Assembly (NCBI GenBank): GCA_963745025.1
Contig: CAVUWD010000008.1
Coordinates: 64,001-128,000, forward strand
Direction of reading: 5' to 3'
Source of the DNA: an uncultured delta proteobacterium
GTDB lineage: Bacteria > Desulfobacterota > Binatia > JACPRU01
Length of the DNA stretch: 64,000 bases
Shown: one piece after another, positions 1 through 12,799 of the stretch
Position numbering within the stretch: position 1 is the first letter of the stretch
Layout: the number at the start of each line of letters is the position of its first letter
The notes under the pieces: generated by a model
What the model saw: only the letters and a program-made list of their open reading frames with translations
What the model was told of the DNA's origin: nothing
The model's database searches: none
Program-made: the position numbers and the translations under genes

Positions 1-1153
1 CGCGCGGTAGGCCGCCCGTTGCGCCTTGCCGCCGACGCGCGAAACGGATTTGCCGACATCGACCGCGGGCAGCACGCCCAATTCGAACAGCGACGGCGAG
101 AGGTAGATCTGCCCGTCCGTGATGGAAATCAGGTTGGTCGGAATGTAGGCGGAAATGTTCTGCGCTTCGGTTTCGATGATGGGCAGCGCGGTGAGCGAGC
201 CGCCGCCGAGTTCCTTGCGCAAGTGCGTGGCGCGTTCCAGCAGCCGCGAGTGGATGTAGAAGATGTCGCCGGGAAAGGCTTCGCGACCGGGCGGACGGCG
301 CAGCAGCAGGGAAAGCTCGCGATAGGCGCGCGCATGATGGGTGAGGTCGTCGTAAACGATCAGCACATCGCGGCCCGCTTCCATGAAATACTCCGCGATG
401 CTGGTCGCGGCGTAAGGAGCGATGTAGGCGAGACCCGGCGGGTCGTTGCCCTCGGTCACGACGACGACGGTGTAATCCATCGCGCCCTTTTCCCGCAAGG
501 TGGCCACGGCCTTCGCGACGGCGGACGCGCGCTGGCCGATGGCACAATAGACGCACAGCGACATTCTGGCCGCGCTGGTTGAGGATGGTGTCGATCGCAA
601 TGGCGGTCTTGCCCGTCTGGCGGTCGCCGAGAATCAACTCGCGCTGGCCGCGCCCGATGGGAATGAGCGCATCGATGACTTTGAGGCCGGTCTGGAGCGG
701 CACGGTGACGGGCGCGCGGTCCATGATGGGCGCGGCGGGGCGTTCGATGGGCAGGCGCTCGCTGGCGGCCACCGGCCCATTGCCATCGAGTGGCCGACCG
801 AGCGGGTCGATGACGCGTCCCAGCAATCCATCGCCCACGGCCACGTCCATGACCCGGCCCGTGCGCTCGACTTCATCGCCCGCGTGCAGATGCCAGTATT
901 CGCCGAGCAGCACGACGCCGATTTCGTCCTCGTCCACGTTGAACGCGATGCCGAACACATCGCCGGGAAACGTCACCAATTCCTCAAAGCCCACGCCGGG
1001 GAGGCCGGACACCTTGGCGATGCCGGTGGCGATGCTGGTGATCGTGCCCACCTCCCGCGGCGTCAGTTGCGGCGTGAAGGCTTCCCGCACCTGGCTGATT
1101 CCAGCAAACGCGCTGTCGAAAACGCTCTGGAGGCTCTCAGGTTCCATGTTCAT
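1..1153 (-). CDS. atpA: N-ATPase (alternate F1Fo) subunit alpha; runs off window edge, one frameshift near 560
   Basis: Minus-strand translation gives [20 protein letters not shown] (Walker A), [36 protein letters not shown]; extra base near 560. Confidence 0.93.
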   Translation of the reverse strand, partial: MNMEPESLQSVFDSAFAGISQVREAFTPQLTPREVGTITSIATGIAKVSGLPGVGFEELVTFPGDVFGIAFNVDEDEIGVVLLGEYWHLHAGDEVERTGRVMDVAVGDGLLGRVIDPLGRPLDGNGPVAASERLPIERPAAPIMDRAPVTVPLQTGLKVIDALIPIGRGQRELILGDRQTGKTAIAIDTILNQRGQNVAVRLLCHRPARVRRREGRGHLAGKGRDGLHRRRRDRGQRPAGSRLHRSLRRDQHRGVFHGSGPRCADRLRRPHPSCARLSRAFPAAAPSARSRSLSRRHLLHPLAAAGTRHALAQGTRRRLAHRAAHHRNRSAEHFRLHSDQPDFHHGRADLPLAVAVRIGRAARGRCRQIRFARRRQGATGGLPR

Positions 1154-1171
1154 TGGCTCTTTGTTTCGGGC

Positions 1172-1978
1172 TTAGGTCTCTTCAGGTTTGGCACGGCTCG
1201 GCTCGTTGGCTTCAGGTTTGTCCTTCTCTTTCAGAAGTTCGCCGACGCCCTTTTCCAGCGACGCGAGATAATCCGCGATGCTCCACGCCACCTTTTGTCC
1301 ATTCGTGGTGAGTTCGATCCCGCTGACCAGGTCCGGCGCGGTCTCGAACCGGACGTGGATTTCAGCCGAGAAGGTTTCGTTGAGCGCATTTTGTATCGCC
1401 GCGCGTTGCTCCGCAGGCAGGTCAAACGCGCTGCGCACGAGCGCGGGGTCAGACGCTGTCTTGAGGGCCTCGGCGAGGCCTGCTTTCGCCTGGCCGTCCA
1501 TCTCTCGCAAGCGGCGAGTGAACACCTCGCCCAGGCGTTCTTCCAGACTCGTCGTGGCGAGATCCGTCAGCGCCTTTCGCGCGATGGCAAACACTTCCTG
1601 CTGGGTCCGGCGACTGATGGCTTGATTCAGGTTATGGGCATCGTTTCTCAGCGTTTCCTGTCGCTTGGCACTCAAGGCGTCGGCCGCCTTCCGCGCTTCG
1701 TCGAGGAGCCGCTGACGTTCGGCTTTCGCCTCGTCCGTCGCCTTGCTCAAGAGCGCGGCGCGCTGCTGGTCGAACTCCTCGTTCTTGTGCTGGAACTCGT
1801 CGCGCTCCTTTTGGGCTTCGGCCTTTTTCGCGTCGGCATCCGCGAGTTCCGCGGCGATCCGCTTCTCCCGCGCGTCGATGGCGTGGAGGATGGGCTTGTA
1901 AAGAAAGCGCTTCATCAACCACACCAGGATGAGGAAGTTGAGCGCTTGCGCACCGACGGTGAACCAATCGATGAGCAT
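1172..1978 (-). CDS. atpF: N-ATPase subunit b (b/delta-like fusion)
   Basis: MLIDWFTVGAQALNFLILVWLMKRFLYKPI N-terminal TM helix, coiled coil, C-terminal LVSGIELTTNGQKVAWSI. Confidence 0.92.
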   Translation of the reverse strand: MLIDWFTVGAQALNFLILVWLMKRFLYKPILHAIDAREKRIAAELADADAKKAEAQKERDEFQHKNEEFDQQRAALLSKATDEAKAERQRLLDEARKAADALSAKRQETLRNDAHNLNQAISRRTQQEVFAIARKALTDLATTSLEERLGEVFTRRLREMDGQAKAGLAEALKTASDPALVRSAFDLPAEQRAAIQNALNETFSAEIHVRFETAPDLVSGIELTTNGQKVAWSIADYLASLEKGVGELLKEKDKPEANEPSRAKPEET

Positions 1979-1981
1979 GGG

Positions 1982-2262
1982 TTACTTTCCTGCGGCTTGG
2001 GCGATGACGTGATTCCAGAACGGGTTGGCGAAAATGAGAATCATCGAGACCACGAAGCAGTAGATGGCCGTGGACTCGATCATCGCCAGACCGACGAACA
2101 GGGTCCGGGTGATGGTGGCGGAGGCATCGGGCTGCTGCGCCAGCGAACTCAGCGCCGTCGCGACCGCCCGCCCTTCGCCAGCGCAGGCCCCATACACCCG
2201 AAGCCGATCGTGAGGCCGGCGGTGACGATTGAGGCCACCGCGATGAGGGTCATGCTATCCAT
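1982..2262 (-). CDS. atpE: N-ATPase subunit c (one base missing near 2180)
   Basis: MDSMTLIAVASIVTAGLTIGFGCMGPAL / EGRAVATALSSLAQQPDAS...GLAMIESTAIY; span is 281 nt, one short of an intact frame. Confidence 0.9.
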
Positions 2263-2293
2263 AGTATCTCCTTTCGTTGTTGTCGTTCGTGCT

Positions 2294-2993
2294 TCAATGT
2301 CTTGGCATCTGGTTCAGGCTTGGGCTTGCGGACGTGCGCGTGGCGGCCGCGATGTAAACCGCGGCCAGGATGCTGAAGATGTAGGCCTGCACCATGCCGG
2401 TGAGCAGACCGAGCGCCGTCATGACGATCGGAAAGATGAAGGGCGTGATGGTCAGCAGAATGCCGATAATCATCGCCCCGCTCATCATGTTGCCGAACAG
2501 ACGGACGGCCAGGGCCAGCGTGCGCGAGAGTTCGCTGATGATGTTGAACGGCAGCATGATGAACGTCGGCTTCACGTAGGACTTGAGGTAGCCGCCCAGC
2601 CCCTGCTCCTCGATGCCGAAGAGCGGCACGGCCACAAACACGCACAGCGCGAGTGCCGCGGTGGTCGAGAGCGAGCCGGTCGGCGGCTCGTAGCCGGGAA
2701 TGATGGTGCAGAGGCTGGCCGTGGCGACAAACAGGAAGAGCGTGCCCAGAAAGCCGAGATATTTCTCGCGGCTGACGCAGGCCGACCTCTTCGATTTGTT
2801 TCTCGATGCCGGTGACGACGATTTCCAGAAGGTTCTGCCAGCGGGAACGTTTCAGACCCGTGGAAAGTTTGCGCGTGATGAGTTTTGAACCGACGGCCAG
2901 CACGAGCATCAGTCCCCACGTGAACACAATGGTGGCGTTGAGTTTGAGAAACCCGTGTTGCCAGAAGATCATCTCATCGGGACTAAGGCGCAT
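2294..2993 (-). CDS. atpB: N-ATPase subunit a (frameshifted)
   Basis: MRLSPDEMIFWQHGF... joined across frames to PFNIISELSRTLALAVRLFGNMMSG...GMVQAYIF with conserved Arg. Confidence 0.9.
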
Positions 2994-3297
2994 GGCTGGC
3001 CTCCTGTGCCGGGCGGGTGTGGTGTTCTCCCGGCGGCCGGGTCAGCCGCGTCACGACGAGGCGCGCCATGACAAATCCAAGGAGACACAGCAGCAGCCGC
3101 TCCCAATGACCGCCCGCGACAAAATAAAATCCAGCCAGGGCAATGCTCATCCGCAGCAGCAGGCTGCCGAAGAACCAAAGCGCCGGCCGTTTGGACGAAA
3201 CGCCCTTGCGCACCGTCCACCAAAGGCCGCCGAAGAAAATCGCACCGAGCAAAACGCCCGCCACCAACGCCAGCACCAGAGTCAACGTTTCATTCAT
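2983..3297 (-). CDS. atpR: N-ATPase AtpR subunit
   Basis: LLGAIFFGGLWWTVRKG...FFGSLLLR hydrophobic protein between atpQ and atpB. Confidence 0.85.
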   Translation of the reverse strand: MNETLTLVLALVAGVLLGAIFFGGLWWTVRKGVSSKRPALWFFGSLLLRMSIALAGFYFVAGGHWERLLLCLLGFVMARLVVTRLTRPPGEHHTRPAQEASHAP

Positions 3298-3627
3298 CGT
3301 TATCCTCCTGTTCCTCCCGCATTGCCTTGTCTTCCTTGGCCACCCAATGCCACGCATTCAAACAGCCGATCGCCAGCCCGACCACCAGCAGCGCCAGCGT
3401 CCAGGAATGGCTTGCCCGGATGGTGCTTGTCCAACCAGATACCGAGCGCCGCGCCGAGCAGCGTCGGAACCACCACCGACCAGCCGATCAGCCCCATCAT
3501 GCCCAGGCCGAACCAGACGCCCTGCGTGGACGTTACGCCGCGCCTTGAGCTTGCGCGCCGCCTTCGCGCCGACCTCCCGGCTGAACGCCGTCCGGTCTTT
3601 CGCGGTCTTGCTTTCCGGTTCGTTCAC
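3290..3627 (-). CDS. atpQ: N-ATPase AtpQ (AtpI/AtpZ-like), frameshifted
   Basis: FSREVGAKAARKLKAR / GVWFGLGMMGLIGWSVVVPTLLGAALGIWLD / WTLALL...GCLNAWHWV spread over several frames. Confidence 0.85.
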
Positions 3628-4013
3628 TCATGATGAAACTCCGCGAAGCGGCGGATGAAACCGCTCTCCATTTTCGCCATCACCGAGCGCACGCTCTGCT
3701 CCCGCTCGTCCAGGTTCAGAAACTCCCGCTCCACCGCCTCGCGCAGTTGGCCGAGGTCCGTTCCGCCAATCGCGTTGCGCACGGAGACGAGCACGTCCGG
3801 GCCGGTCTTGACCAGCACCCCTTCATCGACGGCCACGTAAACCTCGCCCTCCGCTTCGGTTTCGTAGATCAGAATCCCCGGCGCGAGCGCCGCCACGCAG
3901 TCGAGCCGGTGTGGCAAGAGTCCAAACGAGCCCTCGCGCGTCTCCGCGACGATGCGCGACACGCCGGTTTTCTCGGCGAAGATTTGGAACGGCAGGAGAA
4001 CCTTAAGATTCAT
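3624..4013 (-). CDS. atpC: N-ATPase subunit epsilon
   Basis: MNLKVLLPFQIF...EGSFGLLPHRLDCVAALAPGIL. Confidence 0.9.
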   Translation of the reverse strand: MNLKVLLPFQIFAEKTGVSRIVAETREGSFGLLPHRLDCVAALAPGILIYETEAEGEVYVAVDEGVLVKTGPDVLVSVRNAIGGTDLGQLREAVEREFLNLDEREQSVRSVMAKMESGFIRRFAEFHHE

Positions 4014-4134
4014 GAGTGTCGGCTGGCATGTTCGACCTCCGGTTGAGGTTTCGCCTCGGGCTTCGGCTGCGGCTCGGCGTGGCTTTGGCTCGGAATCGGC
4101 GGCAGGCTTCGGTCGGCCTTGGCTTCGGTTTGAC

Positions 4135-5602
<1,468 letters not shown>

Positions 5603-5965
5603 CTACGCCTCGCCCAACCACTTCCGCGCCTCAGCGGCGTCGGCGTGATCGAAGTATCGGATCGTCGCTTTCGTGAACGGCTTGCAGAACGTCGCCATGC
5701 CGTGCTGCCACTTCTTTTCGCCGACCATCGCGAGTCGCTCGATGTCGGCGAAGTGTTTGATGGCAAACTTGGTGTCCTCCCACAGCGCGCCGGCATCCCA
5801 GCCGTGGAAGCCGGTCATGTCGAACAGCACGCGCAGCTTTCCGTGCTGCCGGACGAGTCGCTCGAACTCGGGCACAAAGTGCTCGTAATCTGCTCTTGCC
5901 AGCTTCCCGCTGACGTGAACGACGAGAATCTTCCCGCCGTTTTCTTCATTGAGTTGAATGGGCAT
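5603..5965 (-). CDS. STAS/SEC14 (SpoIIAA-like) domain protein
   Basis: 120 aa: VSGKL...DY...GKLRVLFDMTGFHGWDAGALWED...IERLAMVG. Confidence 0.85.
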   Translation of the reverse strand: MPIQLNEENGGKILVVHVSGKLARADYEHFVPEFERLVRQHGKLRVLFDMTGFHGWDAGALWEDTKFAIKHFADIERLAMVGEKKWQHGMATFCKPFTKATIRYFDHADAAEARKWLGEA

Positions 5966-6187
5966 TTGGGACTCCTTTGAACCGTTTCAAGTTAAGGCCC
6001 GCCCGGCCAGCGGGAAAATCACCGCCGTACAGAGAACGCAGCGGTGCGCCAGATCTGAAAGCAGCACCGCAACCGCCAGCATCACAGCGAAGACCAACTT
6101 CGGCGCGAGGGAAAGGATGTGGCCAGCGCGCTCGTGGTGTCGATAAGCTCTGACACATTGACATTCAGCCCTTTCGCAACAGCAGGA

Positions 6188-7168
6188 TCATGCCGACCAA
6201 TGCCGCCAAGAGTGCCGCCCACAGCCCGATAGCGACGCGCGTGGCTTTCGCGGCGCGATCTTCTCCCACCAGATCGCCGGACGAATGCCCTGTGCCAGAA
6301 ACGTCATCACGCCGGCAGGTTCACGCAGATCAGGTTCATCAGAAACAGCGACAACGCGCCCATCGCCAACACCGGCTGCCCGCCGCCCAGCAGCAGCCCG
6401 AACGTCACCAGCGGCGGCAACAGCGCCACGGCCACCATCACGCCGATCAAGGTCGCCGACACGCCCGTGGTGAACGCCAGCGCGCCGGCGCTGCCCGAGG
6501 CCAATGCCACCGCGATGTCGCCGAGCCCCACCGCGTTGCGCGACGCCACTTCGGGCGATGCAGGGTTCACGTGCACCAGCACGCCGATGATCATTCGACA
6601 ACACCATCGTCGTCTCAATCCCGGCAAGCGCCGTCAAGAGCGCGCGCCGCAGCAGTGACAGGTCACCCAACGTCGTGCCGAGTGACAACGCCACGTTCGG
6701 CCCGAGCAAGGGCGCAATCACCATCGCCCCGATGATGATTGCCACGCTATTGTAATACAGACCAACGGCCGCCACGATGGTCGACAACACGACCATCGCC
6801 AGATAGACGCGCGAACACCGCGCAGCATCTTTGATGTCCTCGTACAACTCCTCTCGGCCGATCCGCTCCGGCGATGGCTCCTGCGGCGGCGATTGTCCGG
6901 GCGCGGCTTCCGGCTCCGGCTCGGCGCGCGGCAATGTTGCTTCGACGGGCAGAATCACCACCCGGTGGCCCTCCGCACCGGCGTACTGTTTCTCCAACAC
7001 ATCCAGCACCGTCTCGCTCTGTTCCGCATCCAAGAGAATCCGTACCAGCACTTCCCCGTCCGGCAATCGGACCTGGCGGTGTTCGAGCACCTTCTGCTCG
7101 TTCAGAAGCTCACGGACTTCCCGGCCGTCCTCTTCTTGCAACACCATCTCGATCAATCGTAGCGCCAT
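6188..7168 (-). CDS. TIGR00341/DUF389 family membrane protein (frameshifted)
   Basis: VVLSTIVAAVGL...AIIIGAMVIAPLLGP; second frame DIAVALASGSAGAL...GVMVAVALLPPL. Confidence 0.85.
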   Translation of the reverse strand: MALRLIEMVLQEEDGREVRELLNEQKVLEHRQVRLPDGEVLVRILLDAEQSETVLDVLEKQYAGAEGHRVVILPVEATLPRAEPEPEAAPGQSPPQEPSPERIGREELYEDIKDAARCSRVYLAMVVLSTIVAAVGLYYNSVAIIIGAMVIAPLLGPNVALSLGTTLGDLSLLRRALLTALAGIETTMVLSNDHRRAGAREPCIARSGVAQRGGARRHRGGIGLGQRRRAGVHHGRVGDLDRRDGGRGAVAAAGDVRAAAGRRAAGVGDGRVVAVSDEPDLREPAGVMTFLAQGIRPAIWWEKIAPRKPRASLSGCGRHSWRHWSA

Positions 7169-7175
7169 CGCGCGC

Positions 7176-9551
7176 TCATCCGTTCCATTTCCAGTTGCGA
7201 ATCTCCGGCAGGTCCTCGCCGTTCTTGTCGATGTACTGCTTGTGCTCGATCAGCTTGTCCTTGAGCTGCTGCTTCAGGTAGATGCCCTTGTCGCCGGTCT
7301 GCGGCAGGCGGTCGATGGTGTCCATCACGAGGTGGAAGCGGTCCAGGTCGTTCAGCACCGTCATGTCGAAGGGCGTGGTGATGGTGCCCTCTTCCTTGTA
7401 GCCGCGGACGTGGATGTTGTCGTGGTTGGTGCGGCGGTAGGTCAGCCGGTGGATCAACCACGGGTAGGCATGGAAGGCGAAGATGACCGGCTTGTCCTTG
7501 GTGAAGAGCTCGTCGAAATCCATGTCGCTCAAGCCGTGCGGGTGCTCGGTTTGCGGCTGCAGCTTCATGAGGTCGACGACGTTGACCACGCGGATTTTCA
7601 GCTCAGGCAGATGCTCGCGCATGATGGAGACGGCGGCGAGCGTCTCCAGCGTGGGCACGTCGCCACAGCAGGCCATGACCACGTCGGGCGCAGCGGCCTG
7701 GTCGTTGCTGGCCCACTGCCAGATGCCGATGCCCTCGGTGCAGTGCTTGACGGCGGCGTCCATCGTCAGCCACTGCGGCGCCGGGTGCTTGCCCGCGATC
7801 ACGACGTTGACGTAATGGCGGCTGCGCAGGCAATGGTCCATCACCGACAGCAGGCAGTTGGCGTCCGGCGGAAGGTAGACCCGCACGACCTCGGCCTTCT
7901 TGTTCACGACGTGGTCGATGAAGCCGGGATCCTGATGCGTGAAGCCGTTGTGATCCTGGCGCCAGACATGCGAGGCCAGCAGGTAGTTCAGCGAGGCGAT
8001 CTTGCGCCGCCACGGCAGGTGCGCCGTGACCTTCAGCCACTTGGCGTGCTGGTTGAACATCGAATCGATGATGTGGATGAACGCCTCGTAGCAGTTGAAG
8101 AGTCCATGCCGCCCGGTGAGCAGGTAGCCCTCGAGCCAGCCCTCGCATTGGTGCTCGCTGAGCATCGAGTCCAGCACGCGTCCGGTCGGGCGCGAGAAAT
8201 TCGTCGTTCGGCACGGTCGCAGCGTCCCATTGGCGGTTGGTCACCTCAAAGAGGGCTTCCAGGCCGTTGGAGAGCGTCTCGTCAGGGCCGAAGACGCGGA
8301 AATTCCGCTGCTCACCGTTCAGCTTCGCCACATCGCGCAGGAAACGGCCCGAGCACATGCGTGTCGCCGATGCCGCGCGCCCCCGGCGAGGGCACGTCAG
8401 CCGCGTAGTCGCGGAAGTCCGGCATCCGCAGGTCGCGCAGCAGCATGCCGCCGTTGGCGTGGGGATTCGCGCCCATGCGTCGTTCGCCCTTGGGCGCAAG
8501 TTCGGCCAGTTCCGGTTTCAGGCGGCCCTGCTCATCGAAGAGCTCCTCCGGCCGGTAGCTCCTCAGCCAGTCTTCCAACAGCTTGAGGTGTTCGGGATGG
8601 GTGGCCGGGTCGGAGAGCGGCACCTGGTGCGCCCGGAAGGTGCCTTCGATCTGCACGCCATCGACCATCTTCGGCCCCGTCCAGCCCTTGGGTGAATTGA
8701 GAACGATCATCGGCCAGCGCGGACGCGTGAGGTTGCCGTGGACGCGGGCGTCCTGCTGGATGTTCTTGATCTGCTCCACCGCCGTATCGAGCGTCGCGGC
8801 CATGGCCTCGTGCATCAGGGCCGGCTCGTGACCCTCGACGAAGTAAGGCGTCCAGCCGTAGCCGCGCAGCAACTGCTCCAGTTCCTCACGCTCGATGCGG
8901 GCCAGGATGGTCGGGTTGGAGATCTTGTAGCCGTTGAGATGCAGGATCGGCAGCACCGCGCCGTCGGTGACGGGATCGAGGAACTTGTTGGAATGCCACG
9001 CCGTGGCCAGCGGCCCGGTCTCCGCCTCGCCATCGCCGACGACGCAGGCGACGACGAGATCGGGATTGTCGAACACCGCCCCGAACGAATGGCTGAGCGA
9101 ATAGCCCAGCTCGCCGCCTTCGTGGATCGAGCCCGGGCACTCCGGCGATGCATGGCTGGGAATCCCACCGGGAAACGAAAACTGCGTGAAACAGCTTCTG
9201 CAGCCCGGCCTCGTCCTGGCTGATGTCGGGATAGACCTCGCTGTAGGTGCCCTCGAGGTACGTGTTGCCCACGACGGCCGGGCCGCCGTGCCCGGGACCG
9301 GATACGTAGATCATGTCGAGGTCGTATTTCTTGATGACCCGGTTCAGGTGCACGTAGATGAAGTTCTGCCCGGGGGTCGTGCCCCAGTGTCCGAGCAGCA
9401 TGTGCTTCACGTCCGCGAGCGTCAGCGGCCGCTTGAGCAGCGGATTGTCGTAAAGATAAATCTGGCCGACCGACAGATAGTTCGCGGCGCGCCAGTAGGC
9501 ATCCATCTTGTGGAGCAGCTCCGGGGCAAGAGTCATGGTTTGTGAATTCAT
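7176..9551 (-). CDS. xfp: Phosphoketolase (xylulose-5-P/fructose-6-P), split by frameshifts
   Basis: [31 protein letters not shown] (TPP motif), [41 protein letters not shown] in three ORFs. Confidence 0.93.
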
Positions 9552-9612
9552 GTTCAGCCTCGTCATTTCAGCTTCAGCGTTCGCGCCTGAGTGTACCTAC
9601 CGACACTTCGAT

Positions 9613-12600
9613 TCACGCCTCCGACGCCGGTAGATGCCAGCCGCGCCAGACGAAGTAGATGGCCGGGTAGACGAGCAGCTCCATGAGGAACGACGTGATC
9701 ACGCCGCCGACCATCGGCACCGCGATCCGCTTCATCACATCGGCGCCGGTGCCGTGGCTCCATATGATTGGTAGCAGGCCGGCCAGGATGACTGAGACCG
9801 TCATAGCCTTGGGCCGCAGGCGCTGCACGGCGCCGTGGTAGATTGCCTCGCGCAGATCGCCGAGCGAGCGCATCGTCCCCTTCTGTCGCCACTCCTCGTA
9901 CGCGACGTTCAGGTAGAGCAGCATGACGACGCCGGTTTCCGCATCCAGTCCCGCCAGCGCGATGATCCCCACCCACACCGCGATGCTCATGTTGTAGCCG
10001 AGGAACCAGATCAGCCAGATCGCTCCGACGAGGCTGAAGGGAACCGCGAGCATCACGATGAAGGTCTCCAGCAGGCTGCGCGTGTTGATGTAGATGATGA
10101 GGACGATGATCAGGATGGTGATCGGTACCACCACCAGCAGCCGTTGCTGGGCGCGCAGCATGTACTCGTACTGGCCGGACCAGACGATGTTGTAGCCTGC
10201 GGGCACGCTGATCTCCCCCTTGGCGATGGCGTCGGCAACGGCGCCTTGCGCGCGTTCGACGTAGGTGCCGACATCGATGTTACGAATGTCGACGTACACC
10301 CACGTGTTCGGCCGGCTGTTCTCCGTCTTGATGCTTGGCGGTCCCTTGCTGATCTCCAGGGTCGCCAGCTGCGCCAGCGGAATGTGCTGGCCCATCGACG
10401 TCGGCACCACGATCGCGCGCAGCTCATCCAGATTGTCGCGCAGCTCGCGCGGGTAGCGCAGGTTGATCGGATAGCGCTCGAGGCCCTCGACGGTGGTCGA
10501 CACGTTCATTCCGCCGATGGCGCTGCTGATGACGTCCTGCACGTCGCCGACGGTCAGCCCGTAGCGCGCAATCTCGTCGCGGCCGATGGTGAAGTTGATG
10601 TAGTTGCCGCCCACGACGCGCTCGGCATAGACGCTGAGCGTGTCGGGTACGCGCCGCACCACCGCCTCCACCTGCTCGCCGATGCGCTGCAAGATGGCGA
10701 GGTCGGAGCCGGAGATCTTGATGCCGACGGGCGTCTTGATGCCGGTCGACAGCATGTCGATGCGCGTCTTGATCGGCATGGTCCACGCGTTGGTCACGCC
10801 CGGAAACGTAATGGCCGCATTGATCGCGTCGACCAACTCGTCGGGCGTGCGCCGGCGATGCGCGATCACTGTGCCGCGCATGTCGGTGATATCGACCACC
10901 GGCCAGTCCTCTTCCGGCTTCAGCATCACCGTGGTTTCCACCATGCTGAGCGGAGCCGGATCGGTCGCTGTCTCGGCGCGGCCGATCTTGCCGAAGACGT
11001 GGTGGACCTCGGGAAAACGCTTGATGATCTTGTCGGTCTGCTGCAGCAGCTCGCGCGCCTTGGTGATGGAGATCCCCGGCAGCGTCGTCGGCATGTAGAG
11101 CAGGTCGCCTTCGTAGAGCGGCGGCATGAACTCCGAGCCGAGGCGACTGTACGGCCAGCCAGGTAACGGCGACCGCGAGCGCCACGCCGACGATGATGCC
11201 CCAGCACCGCGCCTTGTGCCGCAGGATGAGCTCGATCACCGGATGGTAGGCGGCAATGAGGAAGCGGTTTAGCGGGTTGCGTTCCTCCGGCAGGATGCGC
11301 CCGCGGATGAGGTAGCCCATCAGCACCGGCACCAGCGTGATGGAGAGGAACGCGGCCGCGCGCCATGGAGTACGTCTTGGTGAACGCCAGCGGCTTGAAC
11401 AGCCGTCCTTCCTGCGCCTCCAGCGTGAACACCGGGATGAAGCGACACGGTGATGACGAGCAGCGAGTAGAAGAGCGTCGGGCCGACCTCGATCGACGCG
11501 TCGCGGATGATCTGCCAGTGCGGCTTGCTGTCCTGGTCGCGCTCGATGTGCTTGTGGACGTTCTCGATCATGACGATGACGGCGTCGACCATCGCGCCGA
11601 TGGCGATCGCGATGCCGCCGAGGCTCATGATGTTGGCGCCGATGCCCTGCACGTACATGACGATGAACGCCAGGAGCACCGCCATCGGCAACGTCAGGAT
11701 CGCCACTAGCGCGCTGCGGAAGTGGAAGAGGAAGACGACGCAGACGATCGCTACGGCGAGCGACTCCTCGAGGAGCTTCTCGCGCAGCGTGGCGATGGAG
11801 CGCTCGATGAGCGTTGACCGATCGTAGGCGACGTGGATCTCCACGCCCTTCGGCAGCCCGCGCTGCAGCTCGGCAAGCTTGGCCTTCACGCGATTGATCA
11901 CCTCGAGCGCGTTGGCGCCGGAGCGCACGACGACGATGCCGCCGACGGTCTCACCCTCGCCGTTCCATTCGGCGATGCCGCGGCGCATGTCCGGTCCGAT
12001 GGTGACCGTACCGAGATCGGAGATCAGGATCGGCGTGCCGTCGGGCCGCGCGCCAACCGCCGCCTTCGCCAGCTCGCTCGGGTCGGTGACGTAGCCCTTG
12101 GCGCGCAGGATATACTCGGTCTCCGACATCTCCATCACCCGGCCGCCGACCTCGTTGTTGGAACGCTGGATCACCTGCCGCACCTTGCTGAGCGGGATGT
12201 CGTAGGCGCGCAGCTTTTCCGGATCGACGGTGACCTGGTACTGCTTCACGTACCCGCCGATGCTGGCGACCTCGGAGACGCCGTCGGTGCCGGTGAGCTC
12301 GTACCTGAGGTACCAGTCCTGGATGCTGCGCAGCTGTTGGAGGTCGCGTGTCTTGCTGGTCAGCGCATAGATGAACGCCCACCCCACGCCGGTGGCGTCG
12401 GGCCCGAGCGACGGTGTCACGGCGCGCGGCAATTGACCCTGCAGCTGGCTGAGATACTCGAGCACGCGACTGCGCGCCCAGTAGAGATCGGTCCCGTCCT
12501 CGAAGATCACGTAGACGAACGAGAAGTTGAAGAAGCTATAGCCGCGGACGACCTTGGCGAACGGCACCGACAGCATCTTGGTGGTGATCGGGTAGGTGAC

Positions 12601-12792
12601 CTGGTCCTCGACGATGCGCGGCGCCTGGCCGGGATACTCGGTAAAGATGATGACCTGCACGTCGGAGAGATCGGGAATTGCGTCGAGCGGCGTGTGCATC
12701 AACGCGTAGTAGCCGCCCACCGCGATGAACACGGCCATCAGCAGCGCGAAGAACTTGTTGTCGAGAGAGAACTCGATGATGCGTTGGATCAT
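9613..12792 (-). CDS. cusA: CusA/CzcA family heavy-metal RND efflux permease (frameshifts at about 11150-11450)
   Basis: [61 protein letters not shown]. Confidence 0.93.
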
Positions 12793-12799
12793 GGCGAGC

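Noticed and set aside
884-2815. Long plus-strand ORFs (also 6831-8408, 42667-44535, 57443-59479)
   Set aside because: Antisense shadows of well-supported genes, common in high-GC DNA
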